NCBI GenBank assembly: GCA_011605725.1
Contig: JAAOZP010000015.1
Span: 1-62,594, forward strand
Length of the DNA stretch: 62,594 nucleotides
Source of the DNA: Nitrososphaerota archaeon
Lineage (GTDB): Archaea > Thermoproteota > EX4484-205 > JAAOZP01
Direction of reading: 5' to 3'
In this document: positions 8,065 through 17,873 of the stretch, piece after piece
Layout: the number at the start of each line of letters is the position of its first letter
Position numbering within the stretch: position 1 is the first letter of the stretch
Program-made: the position numbers and the translations under genes
Notes under the pieces: generated by a model
Told to the model about the DNA's origin: nothing
The model's database searches: none
Seen by the model: only the letters and a program-made list of their open reading frames with translations

Positions 8065-9346
8065 AAACCTCCGGTCCTTCATACTTTGCACTAGACCCTA
8101 GTTTTTCACATATTCTGAGCAGCCTATTGTACTTTGCAGTTCTTTCTCCCCTGCACGGAGCCCCTGTTTTTATCTGTCCAGCGTTGAAAGCAACAGCAAT
8201 ATCGGAAATATAGGTATCTTCAGTTTCTCCAGACCTATGGCTTACAATAACCCTGTAATTGTTTTCAACAGCCGTGTTGAAGGTCTCTAAGGATTCGGTT
8301 AAAGATCCGCACTGGTTAAGCTTGAAAAGAAGCGCGTTTGCAGCGCCTTTTCTTATCCCTTGGAGAAGCCTCTCCTTGTTTGTAACAAAAACATCGTCCC
8401 CCACTATCTGTACTCGAGAACCCATTCTTCTAGTCATCTCGGCGAAGGATTCGAAATCGTTCTCTTCAAACGGGTCCTCTATCGATTTCAGCCTGAAAGT
8501 TGAAACCAGCCCAGCATAGTATTCTAGAAGCTCACTGCTCGAGAGTTCCTTACCGTCTATCTTATACTTGTTTGAAGAAGGATCGTAGAAAGATGATGAT
8601 GCTGCATCTATTCCAAGCAATACTTGCGAATAAGTATAGCCTGTTTCCTCGATTGCGGTTAATAATAGTTCCAGAGCCTGATCGCTGCGGTTAAGAGGCG
8701 GTGCAAAGCCTCCCTCGTCTCCAACGTTTATCGAGGGTCTTCCATATTTCTTTACTATTACACTTCTAAGCGTATGGTAAACCTCGACGCCTGCTCTTAA
8801 AGCATCAGGGAAATCGTTAAACCCTGCAGGTATTATCATGAACTCCTGTATAGAAAGATTGTTTCCAGCATGCTTCCCGCCGTTTATAACGTTCATAAGA
8901 GGGACGGGGAGCCTGACGCCTTTTCCCTCTCCCAAATACTCGAAAAGCTCCATTCCACTAGCTTCCGAAGCGGCTATGGCGTTGGCAAGAGAGACAGCTA
9001 GAATCGCGTTCGCCCCGAGCCTAGACTTATTCGGAGTACCGTCTAGCTCAAGCATTTTCCTATCGACTTCGCTTTGACGCCTAGCATCTAAACCGGTTAG
9101 TACTGGGCTGATTGTCTCGTTAATGTTCCTAACCGCCTTTAAAACACCTAAACCATGGAATCTTTTCTCATCCTTATCCCTTAGTTCAACCGCCTCATAC
9201 TTTCCTGTGGAGGCGCCCGAGGGAATGCCTGCTCTACCTACAGCTCCTCCCTGTAGCTCGACAACCGCCTCAACCGTAGGGTTTCCACGAGAGTCCAGTA
9301 TCTCTCTGCCTCGAACCCTTTTTATTTTAAACGCATCTCCCGCCAT
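8054..9346 (-). CDS. eno: Enolase
   Basis: EILDSRGNPTVE, PSGASTG, VGDEGGFAP, SHRSGETED, ERTAKYNRLL. Confidence 0.98.
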   Translation of the reverse strand: MAGDAFKIKRVRGREILDSRGNPTVEAVVELQGGAVGRAGIPSGASTGKYEAVELRDKDEKRFHGLGVLKAVRNINETISPVLTGLDARRQSEVDRKMLELDGTPNKSRLGANAILAVSLANAIAASEASGMELFEYLGEGKGVRLPVPLMNVINGGKHAGNNLSIQEFMIIPAGFNDFPDALRAGVEVYHTLRSVIVKKYGRPSINVGDEGGFAPPLNRSDQALELLLTAIEETGYTYSQVLLGIDAASSSFYDPSSNKYKIDGKELSSSELLEYYAGLVSTFRLKSIEDPFEENDFESFAEMTRRMGSRVQIVGDDVFVTNKERLLQGIRKGAANALLFKLNQCGSLTESLETFNTAVENNYRVIVSHRSGETEDTYISDIAVAFNAGQIKTGAPCRGERTAKYNRLLRICEKLGSSAKYEGPEVFSL

Positions 9347-9387
9347 TTTTTCTCCTGGAAATCTTTAAAGCATGATTTAAGGTTTTG

Positions 9388-9702
9388 CTAAAGGAGCACT
9401 GGAAGTATGAATTCGCTGAAGAAGGCGAGTAGTAGTGCTCCAAATATCAAGTCTCTTCCAAGATACTTGTTCACCTTTGTCACGTAAAGTATGACCCCTA
9501 CTACAGCCATTGGAGCATAGATCATAGACAGGATTCGGAGGGATGCTTGCAGCACCATTTGCGAGAATGCTGAAACTGTTTTCTCCACAGAGTTAACAAT
9601 GCTTTCAAGCAGTTCTGTAAACCATTCGGAACCCGCAGCCTTTCCTCCCTCCTCTCCTATGAGCGGGATGATTAGTTTCTCCGCAAGCCTTAACATTCTC
9701 AT
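9388..9702 (-). CDS. Small two-helix membrane protein, possibly a VirB2/CedA1-like pilin
   Basis: Two hydrophobic helices joined by a basic loop: VVGVILYVTKVNKYLGRDLIFGALLLAFF. Confidence 0.5.
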   Translation of the reverse strand: MRMLRLAEKLIIPLIGEEGGKAAGSEWFTELLESIVNSVEKTVSAFSQMVLQASLRILSMIYAPMAVVGVILYVTKVNKYLGRDLIFGALLLAFFSEFILPVLL

Positions 9703-9774
9703 GCCTCTTCCAGTTAGAGAAAGACTAGGATACTATTTAACTACCCATAAGCAGAGGCGAGGCAGCTTGTCTCT

Positions 9775-11331
9775 TTAAGATGTTTCCTCATGAAGAACCC
9801 GATACTTGTCCATTAGGCTTAAAAGCGCCTTTACGCTTGACTCCCTGACCTTTACTTTTCCTCCAGCCGCCTCCTCGGCAAACCGGATTATCATGGGCAA
9901 ATACTTGCGGTATACGTCAAGCCTTCTCTTCTCCCTCTCCATGCTTTTCTTTCTCGAAAGATAGAACGAGATTTCTCTGCTGACGTTTCTAAGCCCATTT
10001 AAAATCTCCCTCTCTATTTCAGGCCTATCAGCCACGTATTCTTTCCCAACTGTTTTATAAGGTATTTTTGTCGAACATATGTGCACGATGATTCTGACGG
10101 GGTCTGTTCTAGGGTCTATCTTGTAGCGTTTCCAGTTCATCAGCTTGTTCACAACCTTATAGGAAACATCATTAGCCTCATCATACAGAAGGGGAATCCT
10201 GTTCGCATACCTGTAGATTATCGCGTTACCATCCTCAGGAGGAGTTATCTTTCCACCGTAAGCTATTCCAACCTCCACTATGAAAGGGTGTCCGGAATAT
10301 GCTTGAGGCTTCCTGCTCTCAACTGCGAGCACCTCGGGTTCAAGCTCCTTCTTAATCCCCTCTTTCAAAAGCGTCTCACCTATGGGAGAGAGAATGCTTG
10401 CGTCAGGCGGGAGAAAGCCATCGTAATTCTTCAAAGTCTGAGTGAGCTTCACGATCTCATCCAGGCCGAGTTCTCCGACAAGCGTGTTCGGCGAGAGGTT
10501 TAATTGCTCCAGTATCTTGCTGGCAGTTTCCTTTCCAACTCTGTGGAAGCTTCGCGTGAGAAATGATATTAATGTTCTCTTACGGTTCTCTTCTGCAAGC
10601 CTCTTAACCATCTCGACGTCAACGCCGTGAGGATGAGGCAGTGTTTCCTTAGGAGGATTAGGCATTTGAGTAGTGCTCCTGGAGAACCTGATAAGCCTCC
10701 CGTAGGCATCGACCAGCGTAATGTTTGCATAGGGTGCGACAAGCGCGCTGAGCTTAATATACTCAAGTATCTTCGGAAACGCTCTGAAGTAATCCCCCTC
10801 CAGAGTAAAGCTTACAATAGTGCCGTTCCACTTCTTAGGGTTATTTTTCTCCTGTCTCTCTAAAACTATAGGCGCGTTCTTCTTAATGTCTATCATTATC
10901 TTGAAAAAGTAGATTCTTTTATGATAGCCCACAGTGATTTCAAGAGGATTGTTTGTCGTTATCTGGCCGTATAGATACGCCATTTTCCCACCAAGCCCGA
11001 ACGTGCCTCTGGATTGTATCAGGGTATACTTTGAACCGAAAAGTATTTTTCCGAAAGCGTTTGGAATATGCTCAGGCGGAATGCCTCCGCCGTTGTCGGC
11101 AATCCTTATTCTTACAATGTTTCTCTCACTGTCCGCTTGGCCTTCAATAGTTAGAAACAATATTATGTCTGGCAGTATGCCTCTGGCTTCGCAGGCATCC
11201 AGAGAGTTTTCAACAAGTTCTCTTACAGCTGTGTACAGTGCTCTAACAGGGTTTGAAAAGCCAGCGATATCCCTGTTTCTATAGAAGAAGTCTGCAGGGC
11301 TGATTTCTTTAAATTTCTCCTCAGAACTCAT
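9775..11331 (-). CDS. top6B: DNA topoisomerase VI subunit B
   Basis: SPADFFYRN, ELVENSLDA, DNGGGIP, QSRGTFGLG, YANRIPLLYD, STKIPYKTVGKE. Confidence 0.97.
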   Translation of the reverse strand: MSSEEKFKEISPADFFYRNRDIAGFSNPVRALYTAVRELVENSLDACEARGILPDIILFLTIEGQADSERNIVRIRIADNGGGIPPEHIPNAFGKILFGSKYTLIQSRGTFGLGGKMAYLYGQITTNNPLEITVGYHKRIYFFKIMIDIKKNAPIVLERQEKNNPKKWNGTIVSFTLEGDYFRAFPKILEYIKLSALVAPYANITLVDAYGRLIRFSRSTTQMPNPPKETLPHPHGVDVEMVKRLAEENRKRTLISFLTRSFHRVGKETASKILEQLNLSPNTLVGELGLDEIVKLTQTLKNYDGFLPPDASILSPIGETLLKEGIKKELEPEVLAVESRKPQAYSGHPFIVEVGIAYGGKITPPEDGNAIIYRYANRIPLLYDEANDVSYKVVNKLMNWKRYKIDPRTDPVRIIVHICSTKIPYKTVGKEYVADRPEIEREILNGLRNVSREISFYLSRKKSMEREKRRLDVYRKYLPMIIRFAEEAAGGKVKVRESSVKALLSLMDKYRVLHEETS

Positions 11332-11878
11332 CCGTCTTCTCCTCTCTACTCATCCAGATTCCTTTTTCCAATGACTTTCTCTGGCTCTCCAAAAATTTAA
11401 ACACGGTGCTGAACTGAGCTCCCTTCAATATTTTTAAAATCGTCTTAAAAGCTATTTCGCAGCTCTCCTCCTCACCAATTATCCCAAGAGTATAATTGTA
11501 GAGGGCGAGTTTAGCGCCAGAAAGTTTTTCAACCTTCTTCCAAACCTTCCCGTCTTTCCCTATTATTCTGCCCTTTAATATTTTTAAACGGGAGGAGGAT
11601 TCGCCTGCGAAATCTCTTAAGTCGATTATCTTTAAGACAAGCTTGTCGTCTAGAAGCCTTAAAGCATCCTCGCCTGAGAACCCGCTTGATATCGCGTCCG
11701 CAATCCTTCTCACTTTAAAATATGATTCAGGATTCTCAGAATTATACTCCACCCTAATAGTTCCATCTTGTTGAACCTGAATCTTAACCTTTGTTTCCTC
11801 CTCTATCTTTCTCTTTGTTTCACCGTTCTTCCCGATTAAAACCCCTATTCTTTCCTGCGGGATGTTTAGGAAAAACAC
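11321..11878 (-). CDS. KH-domain pre-rRNA processing protein Dim2/Pno1
   Basis: IPQERIGVLIGKNGETK, KGRIIGKDGK; position between rio1 and top6B; GTG start at 11878 preferred. Confidence 0.9.
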   Translation of the reverse strand: MFFLNIPQERIGVLIGKNGETKRKIEEETKVKIQVQQDGTIRVEYNSENPESYFKVRRIADAISSGFSGEDALRLLDDKLVLKIIDLRDFAGESSSRLKILKGRIIGKDGKVWKKVEKLSGAKLALYNYTLGIIGEEESCEIAFKTILKILKGAQFSTVFKFLESQRKSLEKGIWMSREEKTDEF

Positions 11879-11879
11879 G

Positions 11880-12668
11880 TTAGCCAATTCTGCTAACAAC
11901 CTCCTCTACGGGTATTGTCTCTTCAACCCATCTTCTTTTCATGAAGAACGTGTTTATGTTTTCAACATCCCTTCTTAAAAATTCTTCTGCTAATGGGTGT
12001 GTAACGGGGACAGCTTGAGACAAATCTATGATGAAAGGCTTATCGTTCCAAATCATAACATTATACTCGCTCAGGTCCGCATGGATTAAACCGGCTTTAT
12101 TATGGCTCCTAATTATGAAGTTAATTATCTCCATGTAGGTTTCACTAGGGTTCTTAAGTTCGTGGAGCTCCTTCAAAAGAGGAGCCCTTTGACCATTCTC
12201 ACCTATGAAGCTCATCACTAGAATGTTTTTCTGAACAAGCATTGGCTTCGGCACGGGGAGCCCAGCCTCATGCATAGTGGCTAAATTGGCATATTCTTTT
12301 CTCGCCCAAGTGTAAACTAGAGATCGACTATCGCTCTTAACTTTTTCAAACCGCTTATCGCCAATAATATACTTCAGCATCATGCGTCTTATCTCCGTGT
12401 TGACAGTCAGGTAAATTTTAACCGCAACCTCAACATTACCCTTCGCAACAGCATGAAATACTTTAGACTCTTTGCCTGAAGATATCTCGCCGTTAAACTC
12501 TTTTAAAAAACCTTTCCTCAGCAGGTCGTAAAGCTGCATCAAGACTTCAACGTTAAAAACCTCGCTGAAAACCTCAAAGTCCTCGCTTCTCTTAACCTTC
12601 ATCCTCTGAAGCTTCTCTATAAGTCTCTCCCTGAGCTCCAAGCTGTCGAAGACTTTTTCATGCCTCAT
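11880..12668 (-). CDS. rio1: RIO1-family serine kinase
   Basis: ISSGKESKVF, AVKIY, WARKEYANL, IHADLSEYN, IIDLSQAV. Confidence 0.95.
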   Translation of the reverse strand: MRHEKVFDSLELRERLIEKLQRMKVKRSEDFEVFSEVFNVEVLMQLYDLLRKGFLKEFNGEISSGKESKVFHAVAKGNVEVAVKIYLTVNTEIRRMMLKYIIGDKRFEKVKSDSRSLVYTWARKEYANLATMHEAGLPVPKPMLVQKNILVMSFIGENGQRAPLLKELHELKNPSETYMEIINFIIRSHNKAGLIHADLSEYNVMIWNDKPFIIDLSQAVPVTHPLAEEFLRRDVENINTFFMKRRWVEETIPVEEVVSRIG

Positions 12669-12717
12669 GCTGCTTCAACTACCTGAGGCACGTAACAAGC
12701 CTGCATTGTTTTTAAGA

Positions 12718-13068
12718 TTAACTACTGGCTCCGCCTGTCTGCTCTTCAGTTTCCTTAACAAGCTCCTTGCTGAGAAACCCGTTTTTAATCAAGTAGTCTA
12801 TTTGACCGATAGTATACCTGTGTAAAATTTCTCCTCGATCAGGCTGAAAGGACCATGGCTCAACCAGAACAATATCGTTCAGCTTAATCCATATTTTTCT
12901 CCTAAGCTTCCCCCTGAGCCTGCACTGCCTAATTTTACCGTCAGAGCAGAGCACCGTGGCCCAGTTGGAGCCTGAAAGGCCTTCCACTCTTCCGAACAGC
13001 TGTCCCTCTCCAGGTGTGACTAGGGTTTCAGAAATATCTCTCTCACTGTATACTTTTCTCTTTCCCAA
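12718..13068 (-). CDS. eif1a: Translation initiation factor aIF-1A
   Basis: CSDGKIRQCRLRGKLRRKIWIKLNDIVLVEPW. Confidence 0.95.
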   Translation of the reverse strand: MGKRKVYSERDISETLVTPGEGQLFGRVEGLSGSNWATVLCSDGKIRQCRLRGKLRRKIWIKLNDIVLVEPWSFQPDRGEILHRYTIGQIDYLIKNGFLSKELVKETEEQTGGASS

Positions 13069-13124
13069 GCCTTACTAAGCTACTGCTGCCCTTCTTAATA
13101 AACTATATGTTAAGCTGAGAAAGG

Positions 13125-13430
13125 CTAGATGCGAATTATCATCATGAACATTACTCCGCCTATTTTCCTAGTATTATCCTCTCTACCTAAACCGCTTTCT
13201 AAAACTGTTTTCACAACCCTGTTTCCAACAAGGTTCACGGAGGAAGCATTCTGAATGCTTTCTAAAAGCTCCTCCTTATCTACAAGCCTGCCACCGTAAA
13301 ACCTTTCAGCCACATTCACCTCCAATCCCGTTTCATCCTTAATTATTCTTCCGAGAAGCTCCTTATCGCATGCCCCTATTATCTTGGTCGTGCCGACAGA
13401 ATGCTCCTTCATATAGAATTCCCTGCTCAT
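13125..13430 (-). CDS. DUF424 family protein
   Basis: ACDKELLG, ERFYGG, VNLVGNRVV. Confidence 0.9.
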   Translation of the reverse strand: MSREFYMKEHSVGTTKIIGACDKELLGRIIKDETGLEVNVAERFYGGRLVDKEELLESIQNASSVNLVGNRVVKTVLESGLGREDNTRKIGGVMFMMIIRI

Positions 13431-13433
13431 TTT

Positions 13434-13862
13434 TCAAAGACTTTTGACGGGCGAAACAGCACCGCAGCTTAAGCATACGAGTTGAACAATACCTCTTTTC
13501 TCCCTGCTCAGCTTGGTGTCCGGCCTTTTACAAACAGGGCATTCCACGTAAGCCTTTATATAGTCAGCTATTACCGTGTCTAGTTGCTTAGGAAGAATCC
13601 TACCCTTGAAAACATAGCGTCCCTCGCCGATTTCCGAGTAGGGCGCAGCAAGTCTTAAAGTCATGTATTTTAACAGGTGTTTCACATCCCTGTTAAGCAG
13701 GTCAGCTATCTGGTTAAGGTTTTGAACAATAGTCTTATTCTTCTCAACTACGCATTCAACACTAGGAATGTTCAGCCTCTCCCGGCTCTCCGTCTTAGGC
13801 ACTTTACTTAGTCCTCTGTCCAACCATTCCAAGTAACCTTCATCGCTACCTGTTTCCTTCAC
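13434..13862 (-). CDS. eif2b: Translation initiation factor aIF-2 beta
   Basis: LNRDVKHLLKY, YVECPVCKRPDTKL, CLSCGA zinc ribbon. Confidence 0.95.
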   Translation of the reverse strand: MKETGSDEGYLEWLDRGLSKVPKTESRERLNIPSVECVVEKNKTIVQNLNQIADLLNRDVKHLLKYMTLRLAAPYSEIGEGRYVFKGRILPKQLDTVIADYIKAYVECPVCKRPDTKLSREKRGIVQLVCLSCGAVSPVKSL

Positions 13863-13923
13863 TTTCCATAAAATGATAATGGAAACTCTTTAATAATGCT
13901 TTCTATCGGGTTTATTCAACGAT

Positions 13924-15048
13924 ATGAGCAGTATACTCGTCGTAGGAAGCTCCGGTAAGGATGAGCACTTTAAAATAGGCTCTTTCTACAGGTTGCCCAG
14001 TGTTTTCCATGCTTTTCTGAAGAAGACTATCCCCGTCTCAAGGATGAGCGAGCTCCTCGGCCCAGAGTGGGACAGGAGTAGGGTTTACGGTTTACTAGAG
14101 TCAAACAGCCTGTCTCCAGTGAAATACAGCTACGGGGGCAGGGCTCCTCACGTAGCGTACGGTGTTGCACGCTTAGGCGGCAGGGTAAGGCTAGTAACTA
14201 CCTTCGGCAGGGACTATGACCATCCTTACCCGGGGTTTTTCAACGGAGGGTATTACAGTCATTTAGCGAAGAGCAACGTCGACATGAAGACAGCTATTGT
14301 TGAAGACAGCAGTAAAATTGGCTTTCTCAGCAGCGAGGTCCTGAACGCGGGCGTATGGATTGTTATGGATAAGACGACTTCGACAATCACCTGTGTGAAA
14401 GACGTTGAGAACAACGAGTTCTTCATAATAGATGATGTTGAGGGTGCAAGCGGTGTTGAAAAGCTTAGGCCAGTGCCTGAACCCGAGCTTGAATCAGCAG
14501 GCATCCTCTTCGTCACATCCTCTGAAACCCCTTTTATGAAGAGCTTCATCCTTGCGGCTAGGAGAAGAGGCGTAGACGTGGTTGTGGACATCGCGTCCTA
14601 CGGTGTTACTGAGGATTATGTTGAAACTATGGTTCCAAACTCGAAGATAATTCTTGGAAACTATAATGAGATCAAGCAGGCGACTGATCTTCTTGGGCTT
14701 AAGAACATAAGGGAGGTTTTTACACTCGGGTCTGAATACCCTGAGGCAATAGTCTTGGAGGATAAGATGACGGGACTAGTTGAAATCCACCATAGGGATG
14801 GCAAGTCTTCCAGAGTAGGTCCTATTCCGCCTGAGAAAACAGGCAGCTCTATTGGCTGTTGCGACGGTATTGCTGCAGGCATCTTGTTTGGTCTGCAAAG
14901 AGGATTGACTCTGGAAGAATCGTGCAGAATAGGTCTTTTAGAAGCATTCTCCATATGGAGGGTTGAAGGTGTGCAAGAGGGAATGTTAAGCATCGGCGAG
15001 CTTGCGGATCTTCACCGTAAGTTCTTCGGAAGGGAGCTGTTGGCTTAG
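13924..15048 (+). CDS. PfkB/ribokinase-family kinase, divergent (possible nucleoside kinase)
   Basis: YGGRAPHVAYGVARLG and SSIGCCDGIAAGIL correspond to the two PfkB signatures; directly upstream of ahcY. Confidence 0.75.
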   Translation: MSSILVVGSSGKDEHFKIGSFYRLPSVFHAFLKKTIPVSRMSELLGPEWDRSRVYGLLESNSLSPVKYSYGGRAPHVAYGVARLGGRVRLVTTFGRDYDHPYPGFFNGGYYSHLAKSNVDMKTAIVEDSSKIGFLSSEVLNAGVWIVMDKTTSTITCVKDVENNEFFIIDDVEGASGVEKLRPVPEPELESAGILFVTSSETPFMKSFILAARRRGVDVVVDIASYGVTEDYVETMVPNSKIILGNYNEIKQATDLLGLKNIREVFTLGSEYPEAIVLEDKMTGLVEIHHRDGKSSRVGPIPPEKTGSSIGCCDGIAAGILFGLQRGLTLEESCRIGLLEAFSIWRVEGVQEGMLSIGELADLHRKFFGRELLA

Positions 15049-15084
15049 GAAGCTTTTTAAAAGGCTCGTAAATGGTTTAGAGGG

Positions 15085-16311
15085 ATGACTGGAAACATTG
15101 AGCTAGGAATTAAGAAGATAGACTGGGCTAGAAGATTCATGCCGGTTCTGGACAGGGTTAGGGAAAGATTCACTAGGGAAAGACCGTTTGAAAGCATCGT
15201 GTTTTCTGTAACGCTGCATGTGACTAAGGAGACGGCGAACCTGGTTGAGACTTTAACAGACGGTGGTGCGAAAGTCTACCTTACGCCTGCAAACCCTCTT
15301 TCAACGGACGATGATGTGGCTGAAGCCTTAAAGTCTAAGGGTGTTGAAGTCATGGCTTGGAGGGGAATGAGCATGGATGAGTATTTTAAGGCGATTGACT
15401 GGGCCCATTCCCATTCCCCCTGCATACTTATAGATGACGGAGCTGATTCGATAATCAGGGCGCACGAGAAGAATATCATGTCTAAAAACAGGGTTTACGG
15501 GGCTCTTGAGGAGACGACCACCGGGGTAATAAGGATAAGGGCGCTTGAGAAAGCCGGCAGACTGATGATTCCAGTCTTCTTCGTTAACGAGGCTCAGTCT
15601 AAGAAGCTTTTCGACAACCGTTACGGAACAGGGCAGTCCGGTGTTGACGGTATTATAAGGGCAACATCCATTCTTTTCGCAGGTAAGAAGGTTGTCGTAT
15701 GTGGTTACGGGTTGGTTGGAAAAGGCGTGGCTAACAGAGCTAGGGGCCTAGGAGCCTCCGTAATTGTGACGGAAGTATCTCCGATAAGGGCTCTTGAAGC
15801 TGTTATGGACGGGTTTACGGTGATGCCCATTATGGAAGCCGCTAAAGTTGGAGACGTCTTCATAACCGCCACGGGCAACGTGAAGGCAATACCTTATGAA
15901 GCGGTGGCAATGATGAAGGACGGTGCAATACTGGCAAACGTTGGGCATTTCGATGTTGAAATAGATGTTGCAACCATCTATAGGGAGGCTAAGGGCATTA
16001 GTGAGGTGAAGCCTTTCGTGGAGGAAATCGTTCTCCCTAACGGGAAAAAAGTATACCTGCTGGCCAAGGGCAGGGTTGTCAACCTAGTTCTGGCTGAGGG
16101 TCATCCTCCGGACGTGATGGACATGAGCTTCTCCAACCAGGCTCTTGTCTCAGAATACTTGGTGAAGCATAAGGGGCTCACCCCAGGCATTTATCCTGTT
16201 CCAGAAGAGATAGATATGCTGGTTGCCTCGACTAAGCTTAGAACAATGGGTGTGAAGATAGACGAGTTGACGGACGAGCAGAGGGAATACTTATCATCCT
16301 GGAAAACCTAG
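15085..16311 (+). CDS. ahcY: S-adenosylhomocysteine hydrolase
   Basis: LHVTKETA, EETTTG, KKLFDNRYGTGQS, NVGHFDVEID, EGHPPDVMDMSF. Confidence 0.97.
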   Translation: MTGNIELGIKKIDWARRFMPVLDRVRERFTRERPFESIVFSVTLHVTKETANLVETLTDGGAKVYLTPANPLSTDDDVAEALKSKGVEVMAWRGMSMDEYFKAIDWAHSHSPCILIDDGADSIIRAHEKNIMSKNRVYGALEETTTGVIRIRALEKAGRLMIPVFFVNEAQSKKLFDNRYGTGQSGVDGIIRATSILFAGKKVVVCGYGLVGKGVANRARGLGASVIVTEVSPIRALEAVMDGFTVMPIMEAAKVGDVFITATGNVKAIPYEAVAMMKDGAILANVGHFDVEIDVATIYREAKGISEVKPFVEEIVLPNGKKVYLLAKGRVVNLVLAEGHPPDVMDMSFSNQALVSEYLVKHKGLTPGIYPVPEEIDMLVASTKLRTMGVKIDELTDEQREYLSSWKT

Positions 16312-16312
16312 T

Positions 16313-17662
16313 TTAACTAAGACTTATTGAAGCATGGTTCTCTTTCTCGAGAAGCCTGATGACCTCAGCCTCATCCAGATCCTTATCAACCACTTCTCCG
16401 ACTAGGAAATTCGGCTTATGAGAAGTTACGTGTACACGTATGAAGCTCCCGATTTCAACATTCTGCTTAAGCACTATCGGCCTATAAGACATGTTTCTAG
16501 CTATGAGGCTTACCGGTACTATTCCTTTCTCATCGACAAGAGCCAAACCCTCCCAGTCAACCCAGGCTGAGGAACGTTTCTCCTTAATCTCAAGCGCAAG
16601 CTTAGAGAGAATCCTGCTTCTCTCGGCAACAATCTTTGACGGTAGCTGTGGCAGCCTGGATGCAGAGGTTCCTGGCCTAGCATAAAACTTCGAAATATTA
16701 AGGAAATCCGGCTCCAGGGTTCTTAAGGCTTCAAGAGTCTTCTCGAAATCCTCCCTGCTTTCAGTCGGGTATCCAACTATCACGTCTGTCTCGACAGATA
16801 TCTTGGGTATTTCCTTCCTGAGCCTAAGGATAATTCTCGCGAAGTCTTCAACAGAGTATCCCCGGTTCATGTCTTCAAGAATCCTGTTGCTACCACTTTG
16901 CAAAGGTATGTGGATAAACTTGAAGAACCTCTTATTCTTAAGGGCTTCAACAATACCGTCAAGATGGTTTAAAACGCCTCTCGGATTCATCATGCCTATC
17001 CTTACAAGGAACAAACCTTCCACTTCAGCTATTTTTTCAAGAAGCTCAACGATACTGCTTCCTCTATCTATACCGTAGACAGAGTTATCTTGAGAGGAAA
17101 GCCACACCTCTCTAACCCCGTCTTTAACGCTTCTCCTTATTGATGTAACGATTTCTTCAACACTGTAGCTGCGAAGCCTTCCTCTGGCAAGCCTTGTTGC
17201 GCAATAGCTGCATGCTCCTAAACATCCTTGGGAAATCACGATTCTCCTTATTGCAGGATTCTCCCTCAAACATGGGAGAAGATTGTTGAAATCCCCCCCG
17301 TCAAGCCTAATGTACCTGCCGCCGCTTAAAACTGTTTGAACAGCTTTAAGAACCTCTTCTCCAGCAGCCGGCCCAATAACTCCTTTCACGTTCCTGACTT
17401 CAAGAATCCTGTTAACCCCGATGATCCTAGGAAGGCAACCAGCAACCACGATCTCCTTGTCTCTACGTATGTTTTTCAACCTGTGCAGAATCTTGTTCTC
17501 CGTAGGAGTCTTCACCCCGCACGTGTTGACTAGAACAAGGTCAGCATCATCCTCACTATCCACTATGGTGAAGCCACGGCTGGCGAGCACCCCAGCCATC
17601 GCCTCACCCTCCGCCCTGTTCACAGCGCAACCATAGTTTAGCAAGAATATTCTGCTATTCAT
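16313..17662 (-). CDS. mtaB: tRNA t6A37 methylthiotransferase (MiaB-like radical SAM with TRAM domain)
   Basis: NYGCAVN, VNTCGV, VAGCLP, CLGACSYC, RIGMMNP, HIPLQSGS. Confidence 0.9.
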   Translation of the reverse strand: MNSRIFLLNYGCAVNRAEGEAMAGVLASRGFTIVDSEDDADLVLVNTCGVKTPTENKILHRLKNIRRDKEIVVAGCLPRIIGVNRILEVRNVKGVIGPAAGEEVLKAVQTVLSGGRYIRLDGGDFNNLLPCLRENPAIRRIVISQGCLGACSYCATRLARGRLRSYSVEEIVTSIRRSVKDGVREVWLSSQDNSVYGIDRGSSIVELLEKIAEVEGLFLVRIGMMNPRGVLNHLDGIVEALKNKRFFKFIHIPLQSGSNRILEDMNRGYSVEDFARIILRLRKEIPKISVETDVIVGYPTESREDFEKTLEALRTLEPDFLNISKFYARPGTSASRLPQLPSKIVAERSRILSKLALEIKEKRSSAWVDWEGLALVDEKGIVPVSLIARNMSYRPIVLKQNVEIGSFIRVHVTSHKPNFLVGEVVDKDLDEAEVIRLLEKENHASISLS

Positions 17663-17786
17663 CCCTGGCTCCTTTCCGGTTAATTCAGCGTCGAAGTAAA
17701 AAAGCCTTCAGATAAACGTTTTCCGGGCTTTAAAAGCAGGCTGTGAGACTTAAAGTATAAAAAGGCGGGCACGTTAAACCAGCTCA

Positions 17787-17873
17787 GGGCCGGTAGTTCA
17801 GTGGTAGAATGTCCGACTCGCACTCGGAATGGGTGGCCCCGAATGGTCGTGGGTTCGAGTCCCACCCGGTCCA
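17787..17873 (+). tRNA. tRNA-Ala(CGC) with a 15-nt non-canonical intron at 44/45 (17830-17844)
   Basis: GGGCCGG/CCGGTCC acceptor with G3:U70; anticodon CGC 17819-17821; full bulge-helix-bulge (H TCGG/CCGA, bulges AAT and ATG); splicing restores variable loop AGGTC. Confidence 0.93.
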
